NCBI RefSeq assembly: GCF_009914755.1
Contig: NC_060937.1
Length of the DNA stretch: 64,000 nucleotides
Strand: one strand, 5' to 3'
Source: the human T2T-CHM13v2.0 reference genome, Homo sapiens
In this document: positions 31,183-49,858 of the stretch, piece after piece
Layout: each line of letters starts with the position of its first letter
How positions within the stretch are numbered: position 1 is the stretch's first letter
Translations under genes and position numbers: made by a program
Notes under the pieces: model-generated
Databases searched by the model: none
Told to the model about the DNA's origin: nothing
Seen by the model: the letters and a program-made list of their open reading frames with translations, nothing else

Positions 31183-31615
31183 ATTATGTTGGATTTTACC
31201 TTGATATTTTATTTCACTTAGTTTAATGTGTAAAATTGGTTTTTCTCTACATTTCTTTTTAAAGAGCCATGTATTTTAAAATCAGTGACTCATGTCCAAG
31301 AAGTTCAAACACGAGTAGAGATAGCAGGAAGTGGTTTATTCTGAGGTCTTGAAAAGAATGAATTAACCCTGTAATCTCCCCAGTATTCTTTTTGATGTTC
31401 CTATTGACATCACTATATTCAGTGGGTGCTCCTTTCTATCTGCTACATTAGTTTTTGAAAGCTTTCTTTCTGACTCAGTTTATCTCATGTGCTAACTTCC
31501 TGAACCAATCCTGGAACTGGCCTTTTCTACCAGAAACACTCTTTTCTTTTATCATGGAATAGTATTAAAAACCACAATCTGGATCTTTTGGACAGTTCAG
31601 CTGTTTTTCCGTGGC

Positions 31616-31922
31616 TTTTTTTTTTTTTTCGAGACAGGGTCTTGCTCTGTCATCCAGGCTGGAGTGCAGCGGTGCAGTCTCGGCTCACTGCAGCCTCTAC
31701 CCGCTGGGCTCAAGCAATCCTCCTACCTCAGCTTCCTGAGTAGCTGGGACCACATGGGACCACAGGTATACACCACCATGCCTGGCTAATTTTTATATTT
31801 TTTGTAGAGAAAAGTTTTTGCCATGTTGCTCAGCCTGGTTTCAAACTCCTGAGCTCGTGCAGCTCACCTGCCTCGGCCTCCCAAAGTGCTGAGATTACAG
31901 GCGTGACCCACTGTGCCCAGCC
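31616..31922 (-). mobile_element. AluJ
   Basis: Antisense dimer; TSD cc(g/a)tggct. Confidence 0.92.
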
Positions 31923-32274
31923 CCATGGCTGTCTTTTTCTTCTGACCCTGGTTTTGTAGTTATCCAAGTAGCAACTCTTGGTAAGCCTAAAATCTATACG
32001 CTTTAAAATCTGAATTCATAATATAGCAATTTACTAACTTGTGGTATTTCTAAGAATGAAATATGTATCATACATTTTAATTTTTACAATGATTCTTTCT
32101 GTCCTTCATTCCTGACATAAAGCCTATGGTAAATTAAATCTCATTTCCTTAACATACTGCTCAAACCCAACCCTTTCCCCCATTCTTCTATTAAAATTTG
32201 TCCAGAACCATAGAGTCACAGAATTTAGGAAATGAGTAGAATTTTGGAGCAGTGATTTCAGCTTTTCATAATTT

Positions 32275-32432
32275 CTTTCTCTTCTTTTGTCTTGCTGTGT
32301 TGCCCATGCTGAAGTGTAGTGGCTAGTCATAGGTGCCATCATAGCGCACAACAGCTTTGAACAGTATCTGGGCTCAAGAGATACTCCTGGCTCAGCCTTC
32401 CAAGTACCTGGGACTACAGGCACACTTGGCTC
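32275..32432 (-). mobile_element. Old Alu monomer (FAM/FRAM-like)
   Basis: gtcttgctgtgttgccc...tgggctcaagagatactcctggctcagccttccaagtacctgggactacaggc. Confidence 0.75.
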
Positions 32433-33733
32433 ATAATTTTTTTTTTTTAAATGAATCACTTTAATGATGAAAAATGCCCACTTTTTGTGATCATAAGACA
32501 TTTACTTGTATTCAGATATTATATGTATCATGCAAGGTAAATTTAAAAGGACCTTAAAAAGCATATTTTTGGAAACAAATTTAGTTGCTATTGCATAACA
32601 AAAAACTTACAGTGATTAAGGGAAACTGATAATTAGATGGATAACAAAAAATACCGGGTTAACAGAAGAGTATCGAAGGTTACTAGTGGATAAAATCTGG
32701 CCTTTTATTCTAAGTCACACCGCTGCCTGGTCAAGAACTGAAAACATTTGAAACATGCTCCATCACACTGCAGTTACCATACTCTCTTATCCTGACCTCA
32801 TCCTTTTTGGTTACAGATTTATGGGAGCCAAGAGCCTCTAATGTTGCTTTCTCATTTTGCTTTAATTACTTTTAAAGGCCAATCTAGGGAGCACTTCCAA
32901 AACACATTGATAAAAAGGAAGTTAAGTCTTTGAAACATTTGTAGTTATCCAGCATACTACTGGCTATTTTTCTTTTGTATTGGGTGGGACAAAAAATAGT
33001 CACTAAATACTTGATATAAGCTTTTTTTTTTTTTTTTTTTGACAATTTTACATTTTTGGGTGAGTAATTTTCCTCAAATTAGAATGCACAAGAAAAATCT
33101 GGTTAATCAGTGTTCCAGGTCGTTGGGCTCCTGTTAATCAGAAGTTTTACTGTATAATCATAATGTATTTTGGATGTTCTCATTTATGTTATTTCTTCAA
33201 TTCTTTGTGTGGGTACTCTGATTGCTTGATTACATCTGCCTGGCATAGTCGTTTTTAAAGCAGCATTTATAATAAAATTTTCCATCTTTGCAAGTAAAAT
33301 GAGAATATGGAAAGACAATTGATGGTTGAAGCATGATTGTTTCCTCTTGTCTTTACTTAGTGTTTAGTGGGTTTCAGGTTTTGGATAAAGAGAAATGAAT
33401 ATGATTATTGTCCTGGTCCGAAATGATTCATGTATCCACCTGGAGACGTAGAGTTGATAGAGGTGTAGGCTTACCTCTATTATCTCCTCATACAGAGCAG
33501 CGCTACTTCCTACGTATGTGCTTTACATTTTTGGGGATTTGCATAAGATTTTTTTTTTCCATGAAAATAAGGTTCTACTAAAACCAAATACAGAAACATT
33601 TGATAGAGAGATACTTTATAAGCACCTCTTAGGGCTGAAAGGGTTTCTTGTCTAGCATCCTGCCACTTGTAACACCAGCAAATTCTAGGCATTTGGGTTC
33701 CTATAATATTATTTTAGAGTCCTGTGGACCTAG

Positions 33734-34047
<314 letters not shown>

Positions 34048-34131
34048 TAATGTCTTCTTTTTATCAAGACTTCTGGAGAGTGGACAAAAACTAACAGTTG
34101 TGGCACTCAACTTGGTGCTTTATATTATTAT

Positions 34132-34660
34132 TGATGGGGTTTAGGACATGCTACTCCCAAATTTGGCACCTTGGCATATAAGCTGAAGGATTTGGAGAAA
34201 ACAGCAGAAGCACGAAGGTCTCTGACCTTCCCCTTCCTCTCTTCCCTGAAGCAGGTCCTAAGACCTAGGAGGGACTTTCTGACCTTCTCTGAACCAGATC
34301 CTAAGACCTTCATGTGAGAGATGCCCTTCCTGTATCTGGAAGAGAGGAGCATCCTCATCCCCATAGAGAAAAGGACGCAGAGTAATCTGAGTAGTTTCCC
34401 CCAGTTTATGATACTTACCTCTTGCTCTCCGTGCTATCATTTCTCCATAACTCACCAGTCCTCATCAACCCTGTATAAAAACACTCAAGTTTAACTGTTT
34501 CTTTGGATTTTCATTTCCTTATGCAGGCTCCGGTGTCACGTACAACTTACAATTAAGTAAATGTGTATGCTTGTTTTTTTGGTAAACTATCTTTTGTAAT
34601 AGGTGCCCTAGCCATAAACTTAGAAGGGTAGAAGGAAAATAATAGTTTTCCTCCTGTACA
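34132..34660 (+). mobile_element. ERV1 solo LTR, MER31-like
   Basis: TG...CA termini with perfect 4-bp TSD ttat. Start tgatggggtttaggacatgctactcccaaatttggcaccttggc resembles the recalled MER31/MER67 group. Confidence 0.75.
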
Positions 34661-34859
34661 TTATTTTATTTAATTCTTTAATCAAACTTAAAAGTCAGAT
34701 ATTATCCACATTGTCACTCAAAGAAATGGGTGCTTTAGACTCAGGGTCTAAAATTTCCCTTTTCTTTTGTTTTGCTTTTGGGTAGGAGAGAAGCATACCT
34801 CTTGAATTTAAAGACATTGGCTTTTCTACTCATTTTCTCTGAATGATTTCATTCACAAC

Positions 34860-35163
<304 letters not shown>

Positions 35164-35221
35164 TGCCATTCACAGCTTTTAATTCCGTCCTGTATTTGAT
35201 GCCTTTAAAAATCTGTATTTT

Positions 35222-35601
<380 letters not shown>

Positions 35602-36791
35602 TCAGCTCAGCGTGTGCAAAGTTGGAGTCATCATCTCGCCTCTTAAATATTTATCTCCTTGTATATTCTTTGTGTTTATTCCTTGTTCTACTTCTACTTC
35701 CTGCTCGGGGTGGGTTTAATCCTCTTGGTCATGATGGCCAGGAGAGCAGTCCAAGCAACAGGCTACTCAGCTGCCCTGGTCACCAGGAGAATGAACCTTT
35801 TTTCCCAAGTCAAGATTCTTTGCAGGCAGCAACGCTAACATGGAATGAACAGGTGATGTAAAAGTGATATACAAATATGCAGTTTATTGTTTATACCAAC
35901 TCTGACAAGGTCGTAGGACAATCAGCAGTTAGGCGCCTTCCTCGAGGAAGGCCTGCATATAGGTCTGGTTTTTCCCATTTTATATTTACCTTCAGTTCTT
36001 TATGTAATGACTTCATCCTTTATCTCAGCAAATACCCCCATTACTTTTCTAGACCATGCCCTGTGGTGGAGCTAATGGCATCATATTTTGTTCTGTCTCT
36101 AGATCTATTTAAGTCACTAGCTTTTTTTTTTAAATTAGAGTGGCATAAACAAGAGAGGTAGATCCATTGTCAAGGTATTCAGTGTGGTTTGTGCAGAGTG
36201 GTTTTGATTGAAACTGAACTCTACCCAGTTAAATTCCCACTGGATTTTTGACTCATCTTTTATAGTCACAGGATGCAAACATGTACTTTCTTTTGTCTAT
36301 TTCTCTGAGGTGTCAGTGATCTGTTCACGTTTCCTGGAAATTGTTGATATCCTGTTGTCTTCATCCATGTTATCTCCTGTGTTTAGCTCAGAGCCTGGCA
36401 CAGAATTGGTATTCAGGAAATATGGATATTTGTGTTATACTAGGCATTATGCTGCAGGCTATTGAGAACACAGAGATTTATAAGGTGTTTACGGGTGACC
36501 TTACTGGCTAGATTAGGTGGTGTAGGACGTTATATACAAATACAGTGTCATAGAGTGACTTTTCCGAGGCACACTGTTTACCCAGAAGGAGTTCTTCAGT
36601 GCTTTTGGTTGTTTTCATTTGACTTTGTTGCATGCATCTATCCACACATGTACTATATGCAATATAGTATTTTAATGTGTTGGCTCAAAAACTGTTGTTT
36701 CTGCAATAAAAATAATTAGAAAATACACATATGGGCTTTTCTTTTATAAAATTGTGACTCCACATCATGCTCCGTAATGTTCTTGTTATAA

Positions 36792-37013
<222 letters not shown>

Positions 37014-37039
37014 TAAAATGTAACTATTGCTTTTTTGGG

Positions 37040-37090
37040 ATATACACACACACACACACATATGCACGCACATACATACATGTATATATG
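37040..37090. repeat. (CA)n / (TA)n compound microsatellite about 95 nt downstream of the exon 7 donor
   Basis: Seen directly. Confidence 0.9.
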
Positions 37091-37112
37091 TTTAAAAAAT
37101 CAGTGTTTTTAC

Positions 37113-37761
<649 letters not shown>

Positions 37762-38319
37762 AACTTGGATTGTTTTAAATAGCATAAGTTAAAAAGAGTG
37801 AGAAACTGTTTGAGCATTGTATTTAATGAATCAGCAGTGACTCAGACTTTCATAGGAAAAAATTTGGTGATTAAAAAATGTACTGTCAGATCTCTGGACT
37901 GCATTTAATAGTGGTATGTGTTTCATGTGTTAAACATTAAGAGTTTCTCTGTATATCTTTATCTTGAGCTTCTCTCCATGTGCATAATATGTAAGTTAGG
38001 ATCATGTTTCTGGTGAAAGTGGTATAGCTATAGGTAATTGTATATTGCAAACATTTAGCAAGGGCCTTCTGCAGCTGAAGGCTTCTGAGGGAGAAATGCA
38101 GAAATTGAAGTATGCAACTTCTCCTTTTCCCATGAGAAATTATTCTGTTTTTTTCTAGTTAGAAGAGAGTCCTCATGTAGAGTTTTAACCTTGCGATTTG
38201 ACTTAGCCTGCAGGAACTCTTCATTTCAGCATTTCGTATTGTTACTTTTGGCATTCTGTGTTGGGTTGTTCTTCATTGTGCAAGATCATTTCATGCATTA
38301 GAGGACGATTAGAAAACTT

Positions 38320-39680
38320 GCCCCCTAGTTAATAAATATCCTCAGCTTCTTGCCCATATTTACCTGCATTTACTTTTATCTATGTGTATCCATGTTGTTT
38401 CTTCCCACTTGTTACAAGGAAGAGGTGTTCCACATCCTCTGGAAAGCCAGTTCCTCCTCCTACGCTCCAAATGTATTCTTTATAGCCTTCACAGGCTATG
38501 GTTTTACTGATTATCTTTTCTCTCTTCTGTGTCTTAAAATTCTCCTCATCTTTTAGCTCCTTTTGTTATCATTGCTATTAAAAATGCTCAGTGAACAAAT
38601 GTGTTGGTCACTCAGTTATGTGGGAAGGATGTGGTGATGAGATACACATGATCTGCGTATCATAGTTCTCACAGTTTAGTGGGAAAGAAACAAACATTTC
38701 TTCCATTCGTAAAGCACCATCACCCCTATCACTCTACAGCTAGTTGCCACCTTCTTTCTCTCTTCCCCTTTCAGTGCCAAAGCTCTTAGAATTGTCCTTC
38801 CTCACTTTCATTTCTGTATCTTTCACTTAATCTTTTCTTGCCGTCTAGCTTCTTTCCTCATTCCTACTGAATTTCTCTTGCAAAGCTACCAGCAACCTCT
38901 TCCCTTTGTTAAATCAATATGTAATTTTGAATTCTGATCTTATATCAATCTTTGAGCAACATTTGAGTCTCTTGGTCAGTCCATACTTCTCTCATGAGAT
39001 ACTCACTTTTGGCACATTACTCAGTTCTAGTTTTTGTGTTTTTTGGCTTTTTTGAATGCCATTCTTAGATTCCTTCCCGATTGTTCTTCCTATCTTTGTT
39101 CCTTAAATGGGGGTTTTATTCTGGGTCCTGAGTAGGACATTTCCTCTTTTTATTGTGCTAACTTGCCCTGGGCAATCTTACTTTTTTTCATGGCGTCAAT
39201 TGCCACCTTTTCTTTTTTCTTTTACTATTATTATTATTTTTTGAGACAAGGTCTTGTTCTATCACCCAGGCTAGAGTGCAGTGGCATAGTCATGGCTCAC
39301 TGCAACGTCAACCTCGTGGGCTCAAGTGCTCCTCCCACGTCAGCTTCTTGAATAGGTGAGACTATAGGTGTGTGCCACCACAGCTGCCTACTTTTTTATA
39401 TTTTGTAGAGACGGGGGTCTCACTATTTTGCCTAGACTGGTCTCAAATTCCTGGGCTCAAGCAGTCCTTCCCCTCGGCCTCCCAAAGTGCTGGGATTACA
39501 GGCATGAGCCACTACACTTGGCCTATTGCCACTTTTCTGACCAATCTCAAATGTATGTATCTGTTCTGAACTTCAGGATTACATATCCAGTTGCTTCTTA
39601 TATAGCTCTCACTACTTGATGCCTCTGAGGCACCTTGAAACTAACAATTAAAAGCTGAACTCATCTTTCTCCTGAAACTA
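38320..39680 (+). mobile_element. L2 fragments with an inserted AluJ (39208-39523, -)
   Basis: Pyrimidine-rich L2 body motifs (accagcaacctc, ccctgggcaatct, aggcaccttgaaactaac...ctgaactcatct). Confidence 0.6.
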
Positions 39681-39920
39681 GAGATTGGTACTATAGCCCA
39701 TGCACACCTATTTTTATAAATAAAGGTTTATTGGAGGGCAACCATGTTCATCCCTTTACATATTGTCTGTGGTTGCTTTTCCACTACAGTGGTAGAGCTG
39801 AGTAGTAGACTCAATATGTGGAGTAGACTCAACTACATGGGACACATAGTAGACTATGTGACTCACAAAGCCTAAAATATTTACTTCCTGATCCATTAAG
39901 AAAAAGTTTGCCTATCCCTG
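39680..39920 (-). mobile_element. MER58A-like DNA transposon
   Basis: tttttataaataaaggtttattgg...caaagcctaaaatatttact...aaaaagtttgcctatccctg. Confidence 0.8.
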
Positions 39921-40164
39921 CTCTAAAATTCTTATCCTTCATTCTTTTCCGCCTAGGAAGGTGGTGGCTAGAAACATAGAGTAATTCTTAACAAATGCGA
40001 CTGTGGAGAATTCACTCAGATAGCTTTCTAATCCATTTACTTCTTTCTTTGCCCGTACTAACCAACCCCAGATTCCAGCTACTATCATCTAGTCTGGATT
40101 ACTTCATCTGCCTTCTAATTAGTCTCCTTGTAGTCATTCTTGCTTCCATCCAATTAATTTTTTA

Positions 40165-42345
<2,181 letters not shown>

Positions 42346-43103
42346 ATTCCCATCCATTAATTAATGATACTTCAGTTTGAGTGACCAAAAATCCAGATTT
42401 GATCGTATGCCTATCTTTAATAACTTTTGAATGACTACTCATATAAATGTTTTAAATGGTTGGATTTTGCTTAGCTCTCCAAACTGATACTGTGCCAGTC
42501 TATCCTTTGCATTGTATGTATCCGCCATACTTGACATCGTTCAGATTCTTGAAACTTATGTGCTTAGTCATATCTGCTTCTGTCTTCATTCCTGATTGTC
42601 TCTTAGTCATTGTTTAGGTCTTGGCTTAAATGTAAATTCCTCACATAGGCATTCCTTAACTGTCTTCATTAGATTAGGCTCTCTGCTGTATTTTTCCTTA
42701 GGACCCTACACTTAACTCATCACATTTTAAATCATTTATTCATTCATCTATTCAGTAGATATTTACCAAGTGCACGCAATTTGTCTGACACTGTTTGAAG
42801 TGCTGTTGATATAGTAGTGAACAAAAGAGACTGAACATATTTTTATGCCCTCAAGGAGCTTACACTATAGAAGGAAACAGATGATAAATAATAAAACATA
42901 TGTTCTATGTTGAAACATAAGAGAAAAAGACTGCTGGAAGGTGGGGCTATATTCACAATTTTATATACAGGCATGTCTTCATATCTACAAGGGATTGGTT
43001 CCAAGACCTACCCCCTCAGATACCAAAATTTGTTGATGCTCAAGTGCCTTATATGAAATGGGGTAGTGTTTGCATATATCCTACGCTCATCCTTCTGTAT
43101 ACT

Positions 43104-43422
43104 TTATTTTATTTTTTATTTTTATATATTTATTTTTTTGAGGTGGAGTCTCACTTTATTGCCCAGGCTAGAGTGCAGTGTCATGATCTCGGCTCACTGT
43201 AACCTCCGTCCACCCTGGGTTCAAGCAATTCTCCCACCTCAGCCTCTCAAGTAGCTGGGATTACAGGCATGCACCACCATGCCCAGCTGTTTTTTGTATT
43301 TTTAGTAGAGATGAAGTTTCACCACGTTGGCCAGGCTGGTCTTGAACTCCTGACCTCAAGTGATTCACCTGCCTTGGCCTCCCAAGTGCTGGGATTGCAG
43401 GTGTGAGCCACTGTGCGCAGCC
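43104..43422 (-). mobile_element. AluS inside MER2
   Basis: Antisense dimer; TSD gtatacttta. Confidence 0.93.
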
Positions 43423-43532
43423 CTGCCGTATACTTTAAATCATCTCTAGATTACTTATAATACCCTAAAACAATGTAAATGCTATGTAAATAGTTGTCCC
43501 ACTGTGTTTTAAAATATGCAGTATTTTAATTT

Positions 43533-43603
43533 TCCTCCCTTTCCCTTCCCCTTCCCCTCCCCTTCCCCTTCCCCTCTCCTTCCCCTTTCCCTTCCCCTTC
43601 CCT
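43533..43603. repeat. (CCCCTT)n-like homopyrimidine tract
   Basis: About 70 bp of C/T only. Confidence 0.92.
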
Positions 43604-44252
43604 TTTTTGGGTTTAATCCATGGATACAGAACCCAAGGATATAGAGGGCCAAGTGCATGTTTAGCAGACCATCTAAGGAAGTGGCAGGACAAGTCATGTT
43701 GCTATCCTGGAGAAGAGCAAAGCATATTAGGCAGAAAGAATAACAAGCGCAAGATTGTTGGTTGAGGTTGAAGTGTACCTGCTACTGAATAAACACCGAG
43801 GAAGCATGTGATTGGAATCATCGAGAGAGACAATTTAGAGATAAGGTAAAAAAAGATAATGGTGTAGTAGGGAGCTTAGATTTTTAGGGCCTTACAGGCC
43901 ATTTCAGTATTAGGTAAATGTCTCCTTCCTACACGGAGCGTAAGCTTCTGATGGCAGGGATGCTGCTCTCTTTATTACTGTATCACATGCACATGGTGCC
44001 TGACATATTGTCAGTGCTTAAGTCAATGCTCAGTCAGTGCTCACTAGGTATTTGTTGAATGAATAATATTCTAGGAGATAAATTTTATACATATACTCAT
44101 TTTATATACGTTGCCATTTAGTACATATTGTTTAGTCACATCTATTAGAGGCACCAAAAGAAACCAAAAACCAAGAGAAAAAATTAAAAGACAATAGAAA
44201 CATATCCACATATGCTTCAGATATTGGAATTGGCTGAGATAACTACGATTTA

Positions 44253-44940
<688 letters not shown>

Positions 44941-45117
44941 TTAAATAGAAATTCTGTAACTGCAAATATATGAAAATAAGGACTTTAGATAGACTTAACA
45001 TTGGACTCAACCAAGCAAAATATAGTATCCATGTTATAGCATGTATCAGTTTTTGTGTGTGTGTGTGTGTGGCTGAGTGATATTCAGTTGTATGAATATG
45101 CTTCTTAAAAAAATCCA

Positions 45118-45620
<503 letters not shown>

Positions 45621-45664
45621 TTAGTATTGCTACAAATATTTGTATGCAAGTATTTGCTTATATA

Positions 45665-45965
45665 TTTGTTTGTTTTGAGATGGTATTTCACTCTTGTTGC
45701 CCAGGCTGGAGTGCAGTGGCGTGATCTTGACTCACTGCAACCTCTGCTGAGTTCAAGTGATTCTCCTGCCTCAGTCTCCCAAGTAGCTGGGATTACAGGC
45801 ACCCACCACCATGTCTGGCTATGGGTTGTTTTTTTTTTTTTTTGTATTTAGCAGAGACGGGTTTTCACCATGTTAGACTGGTCTTGAACTCCTGACCTCA
45901 GGTTATCCACCCGCCTTGGCCTCCCAAAGTGCTGGGATTACAGGCGCGTGCCACTGCGCCCAGCC
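45665..45965 (-). mobile_element. AluS
   Basis: Antisense dimer. Confidence 0.92.
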
Positions 45966-46049
45966 ATATGTCTGTTTTTTAAGTTATTTGGGGTATGTAC
46001 CCAAGAGTGGAATTCCTGGGTCATGTGGTAATTCTTTGTTCAGCTTTTT

Positions 46050-46590
46050 GAGGAACTGTCAGGCATCCAAACCTTTATGTACTCCCTTCCTCTTGTATAA
46101 TCCACTCCTCTTCAATTTGGGTAGAACCTGTGAATTGCTTCTCTAACTAATAGAATATGGCAAAGGTGATGTGATATTACTCCCTTAATTAGGTTGCATT
46201 ATATGGCAAAAGTGATGGGATGTCACTGCATTCAATTACATTATGTGGCAAAGTGGTTGGGTGTCACTCTTGTGATTATGTTTCATTATATAGTACTTGA
46301 TCTTAACAGACTAGAGAACAAGATTCTTTTTGCTGGCTTGATAAAGTAAGCAGCCATATTAAGGAAGCCTACTTGGCAGTGAATGGTGGGCAGATTCTAA
46401 GGATCTATGTAAGGACAGTCTCTACCCAAGAGCTAGCAAAAGGCTGGGGTCCTTCATCATGCAGCTACAAGGACATAATTCTGCCAACTACCTGAAAGAG
46501 CTTGGCAGCAAATTTCTCCCCATTTGAGTCTCCAGTGACAATGCAGCCTGGTTCACTCCCTGATTGCAGCCTTGCAAACCCCTGAGCAGT
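46050..46590 (+). mobile_element. MLT1 (MaLR) LTR, MLT1E-like
   Basis: ctaatagaatatggcaaaggtgatg with repeated tatggcaaa units, aattctgccaac and gattgcagccttg...ccctgagcag, all typical of MLT1. Confidence 0.75.
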
Positions 46591-46599
46591 GTATGATGA

Positions 46600-48240
46600 A
46601 ATTATTATTATTATTTCCTTATGAGGTCTTGTCCTCTTTACCTTTTTGTTTTAGACATTTGTGTGAATTTGGGTAGGGGTTTGGATGTGTCATTATGAAC
46701 CTTGATCTACTCAGCCTGAATATTTCTACCAGTATAATTATATATTTTTTTGATGAGGAATGTTGCCTTTTTGATATCTTCAATTTGGACTTGATTTATT
46801 CCCAAGAATACTGATGTGTCACTGTCCAAATTATTTCTGGCTTGATGATGAATGGTGGAGTCCTCAAGGGTTCAAGGAAGAGACCATCAGGAGAGTGTTT
46901 GATCTGGAAATTCTGTTTACACGGGAGATTTTTCCTTATGAAATTAGTGAATGTAGTGTCTCCTAGGAAGGGAATGTTTCTTGGCTAAAGGTCCAAAGGT
47001 GACCGTTGTGTGCTGGGACATGGGAAATGTGACGGGTATTATCCATATCTGTCAACTGAGTAGTTTGTTGATTCCGAGGGAGAGCTTGTGGAACAATGGC
47101 AGGAATTAAGGTAAATATACTGCCACCCATATCAATAAAATTTTTACTTGTTTCTCCGCTAATAATTAGTGAAAATTCGTCTTGTGAGTTGAAGAGTAAA
47201 AGGAGAAATGGGTACTTGATTTGCTGTTAGAACATTTGCCTACTATCATTTTTTCCCAATTCTCTTGAATAAAACAGAACAATTATTTTTCCATTGTAAT
47301 TTCTTCTTACAATCTCTGCAGGTTTCTTTATCAAAAGACTGGTGTTTAATTTTTGGAGTGGGAGCATCTAGTTTTATCTTCAAGGGTATCATCTTATTCT
47401 GGGTCTTATACTGCCTTTGTTTTCAGGCTCTTTTGAAATGTGTAATATGGAGTTACATTGTTTGACAATGTGGTGCCTTCCCAGCCAGTTTTTGCTTGTT
47501 TATAACATTTTCTTTTTCTGGCTTAAGGCTGTTCACAAGAAGTGAGGAAGGAGCTGGGGTCACAACTACTTGAGGGCTTACTCCTGAATGCTAACTGAAG
47601 GTAGTAAGAGCCCACCCTGGAAGTCTGCAAGGGGCTTATCCTTCGTCTGCTAGAACAACTGAATTAGAGTTACCTGTTTTCACAGGAAAGATTTTGGTAA
47701 TAGCCTTCAAAAGACCGTGTCCAATATTTACAGTTTCTTTTTTTTGTTTTTGTTTTTTTTGAGACAAGAGTCTCTTTCTGTCACCCAGGCTGGAGTGCAG
47801 TGGCGCAATCTTGGCTAACTGCAACCTCCACCTCCCGGGTTGAAGCAGTTCTCCTGCCTCAGCCTCCCAAGTAGCTGGGACCACATGTCTGAGCCACCAT
47901 GCCTGACTAATTTTTTTTTTTTTTTTTTTGGTATTTCTAGTAGAGACTGGGTTTCACCATGTTGGCCGGGTCTTGAACTCCTTACTTCAAGTGATCCACC
48001 TGCCTCGGCCTCCCAAAGTGTTGGGATTACAGGCATGTGCCACCGCGCCCCGTCATTCACAGTTTTTCTAAACCCCACTGGCTTTCTGTGCATTTGGGGT
48101 CTGAAGTCACTCTCAGGATATTTGTTTCCCCTTTCTAATAGGTCTTCCTATTTCCCTCTCCTTGCTCCCCACTTTGTAACTATCCTTGGTGAAATGATGC
48201 CATTTATAAAGAGAAGACCATGAATTTGCATTACATATTT
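46600..48240 (-). mobile_element. Ancient class I ERV internal remnant (gag-pro-start of pol), interrupted by an Alu; leader may extend to ~49000
   Basis: Minus strand, in retroviral order: [10 protein letters not shown] (matrix-like), [13 protein letters not shown] plus QTKDKPLADF (capsid MHR-like), CRDCKKKLQWKNNC zinc-knuckle relic (47279-47320), FIDMGGSIFTL protease-site relic (IDMG at 47125-47136), IKVHNDTSKPLPK (RT N-terminus-like). Confidence 0.85.
47735..48052 (-). mobile_element. AluS inserted in the ERV gag remnant
   Basis: TSD att(t/c)acagttt. Confidence 0.93.
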
Positions 48241-49171
48241 AATGCATTTAAAGAAACAGAAGTCTGACTCTGAGAGACCACAGACTTAGTCTGAGCCAAA
48301 CTCATGGGAGTCTCCTAATGGCATATTGAATATGTTGTTTGTGCACCTCCTGTCTTGGGCTCACAGCCTAATGGTTGGCCATCTCTAACTGCAAACCTGA
48401 CAGTGCCTTGTTGGTTTAAGATTTGGAGAGACTGTCTCTCCTAGGCCCAGACTTCCATGGACAAAGCAAGTCAAGACAGAGGAAAATACTCAAGGTTCCC
48501 AGGTAAATTGTGTTCTATTTGGATGATGATCTGATGAAACCTTCTGAACTCACTGGCTTCTAGAGTCAGCATGAAAATGGGCTTATGAAACCTATGCCTG
48601 TCTTCTTTCAGGTGAACTTTGACTTATGGACTTAGAATAAAAAATGTTGAGGACAGTATATTAGTAATATGGGAGGTTTCTTCCAATATTAAACATTTTC
48701 AAATGTGATAAGAAATTCAGTGGGTCTTTATTCCTACAGTTGTTGAAAAGGAAATTGGACCTCTACCCAGTGTGACTCATCTCACCATTGTGGTTGGGGA
48801 GACCCCTGAGGGGGTCGCTCAGTGGGCCTCAGAGAAGCATGCAGATGCCAGATCTAAGATCTTGAACTGTGGCTTTTAGTGGGCTTCGAACATGTGTCTG
48901 TGGGTAATACACTTGGTTTTGCTTGTTCAACAGGTTATTTTGGTTATCTTCTTAGGAGGCTGCATCTGAATTTGCAGCCTCTGTTCTAGTAAATTTGGAA
49001 AATATGGAAAGGTAGACAGGAGAAAAGAAATCTCATCTTTTCAGTTTTTTTCCTTGTATGCATTAGATGATTTGTAACATCCTATTACACTCTCAAATGA
49101 TTGATTCTCATTATCTGCACTAACGACTATTTCTGAATTTGTGACGCCACAGCTGAACCTGCAGGTTATAG

Positions 49172-49858
<687 letters not shown>

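Larger units (their letters stand above)
42968..43656. mobile_element. MER2 (TcMar-Tigger) DNA transposon split by an Alu
   Basis: gggattggttccaagacc...gatgctcaagtgccttata ... aaatcatctctagattacttataatacc...aacccaaggatatagagggcc. Confidence 0.8.
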
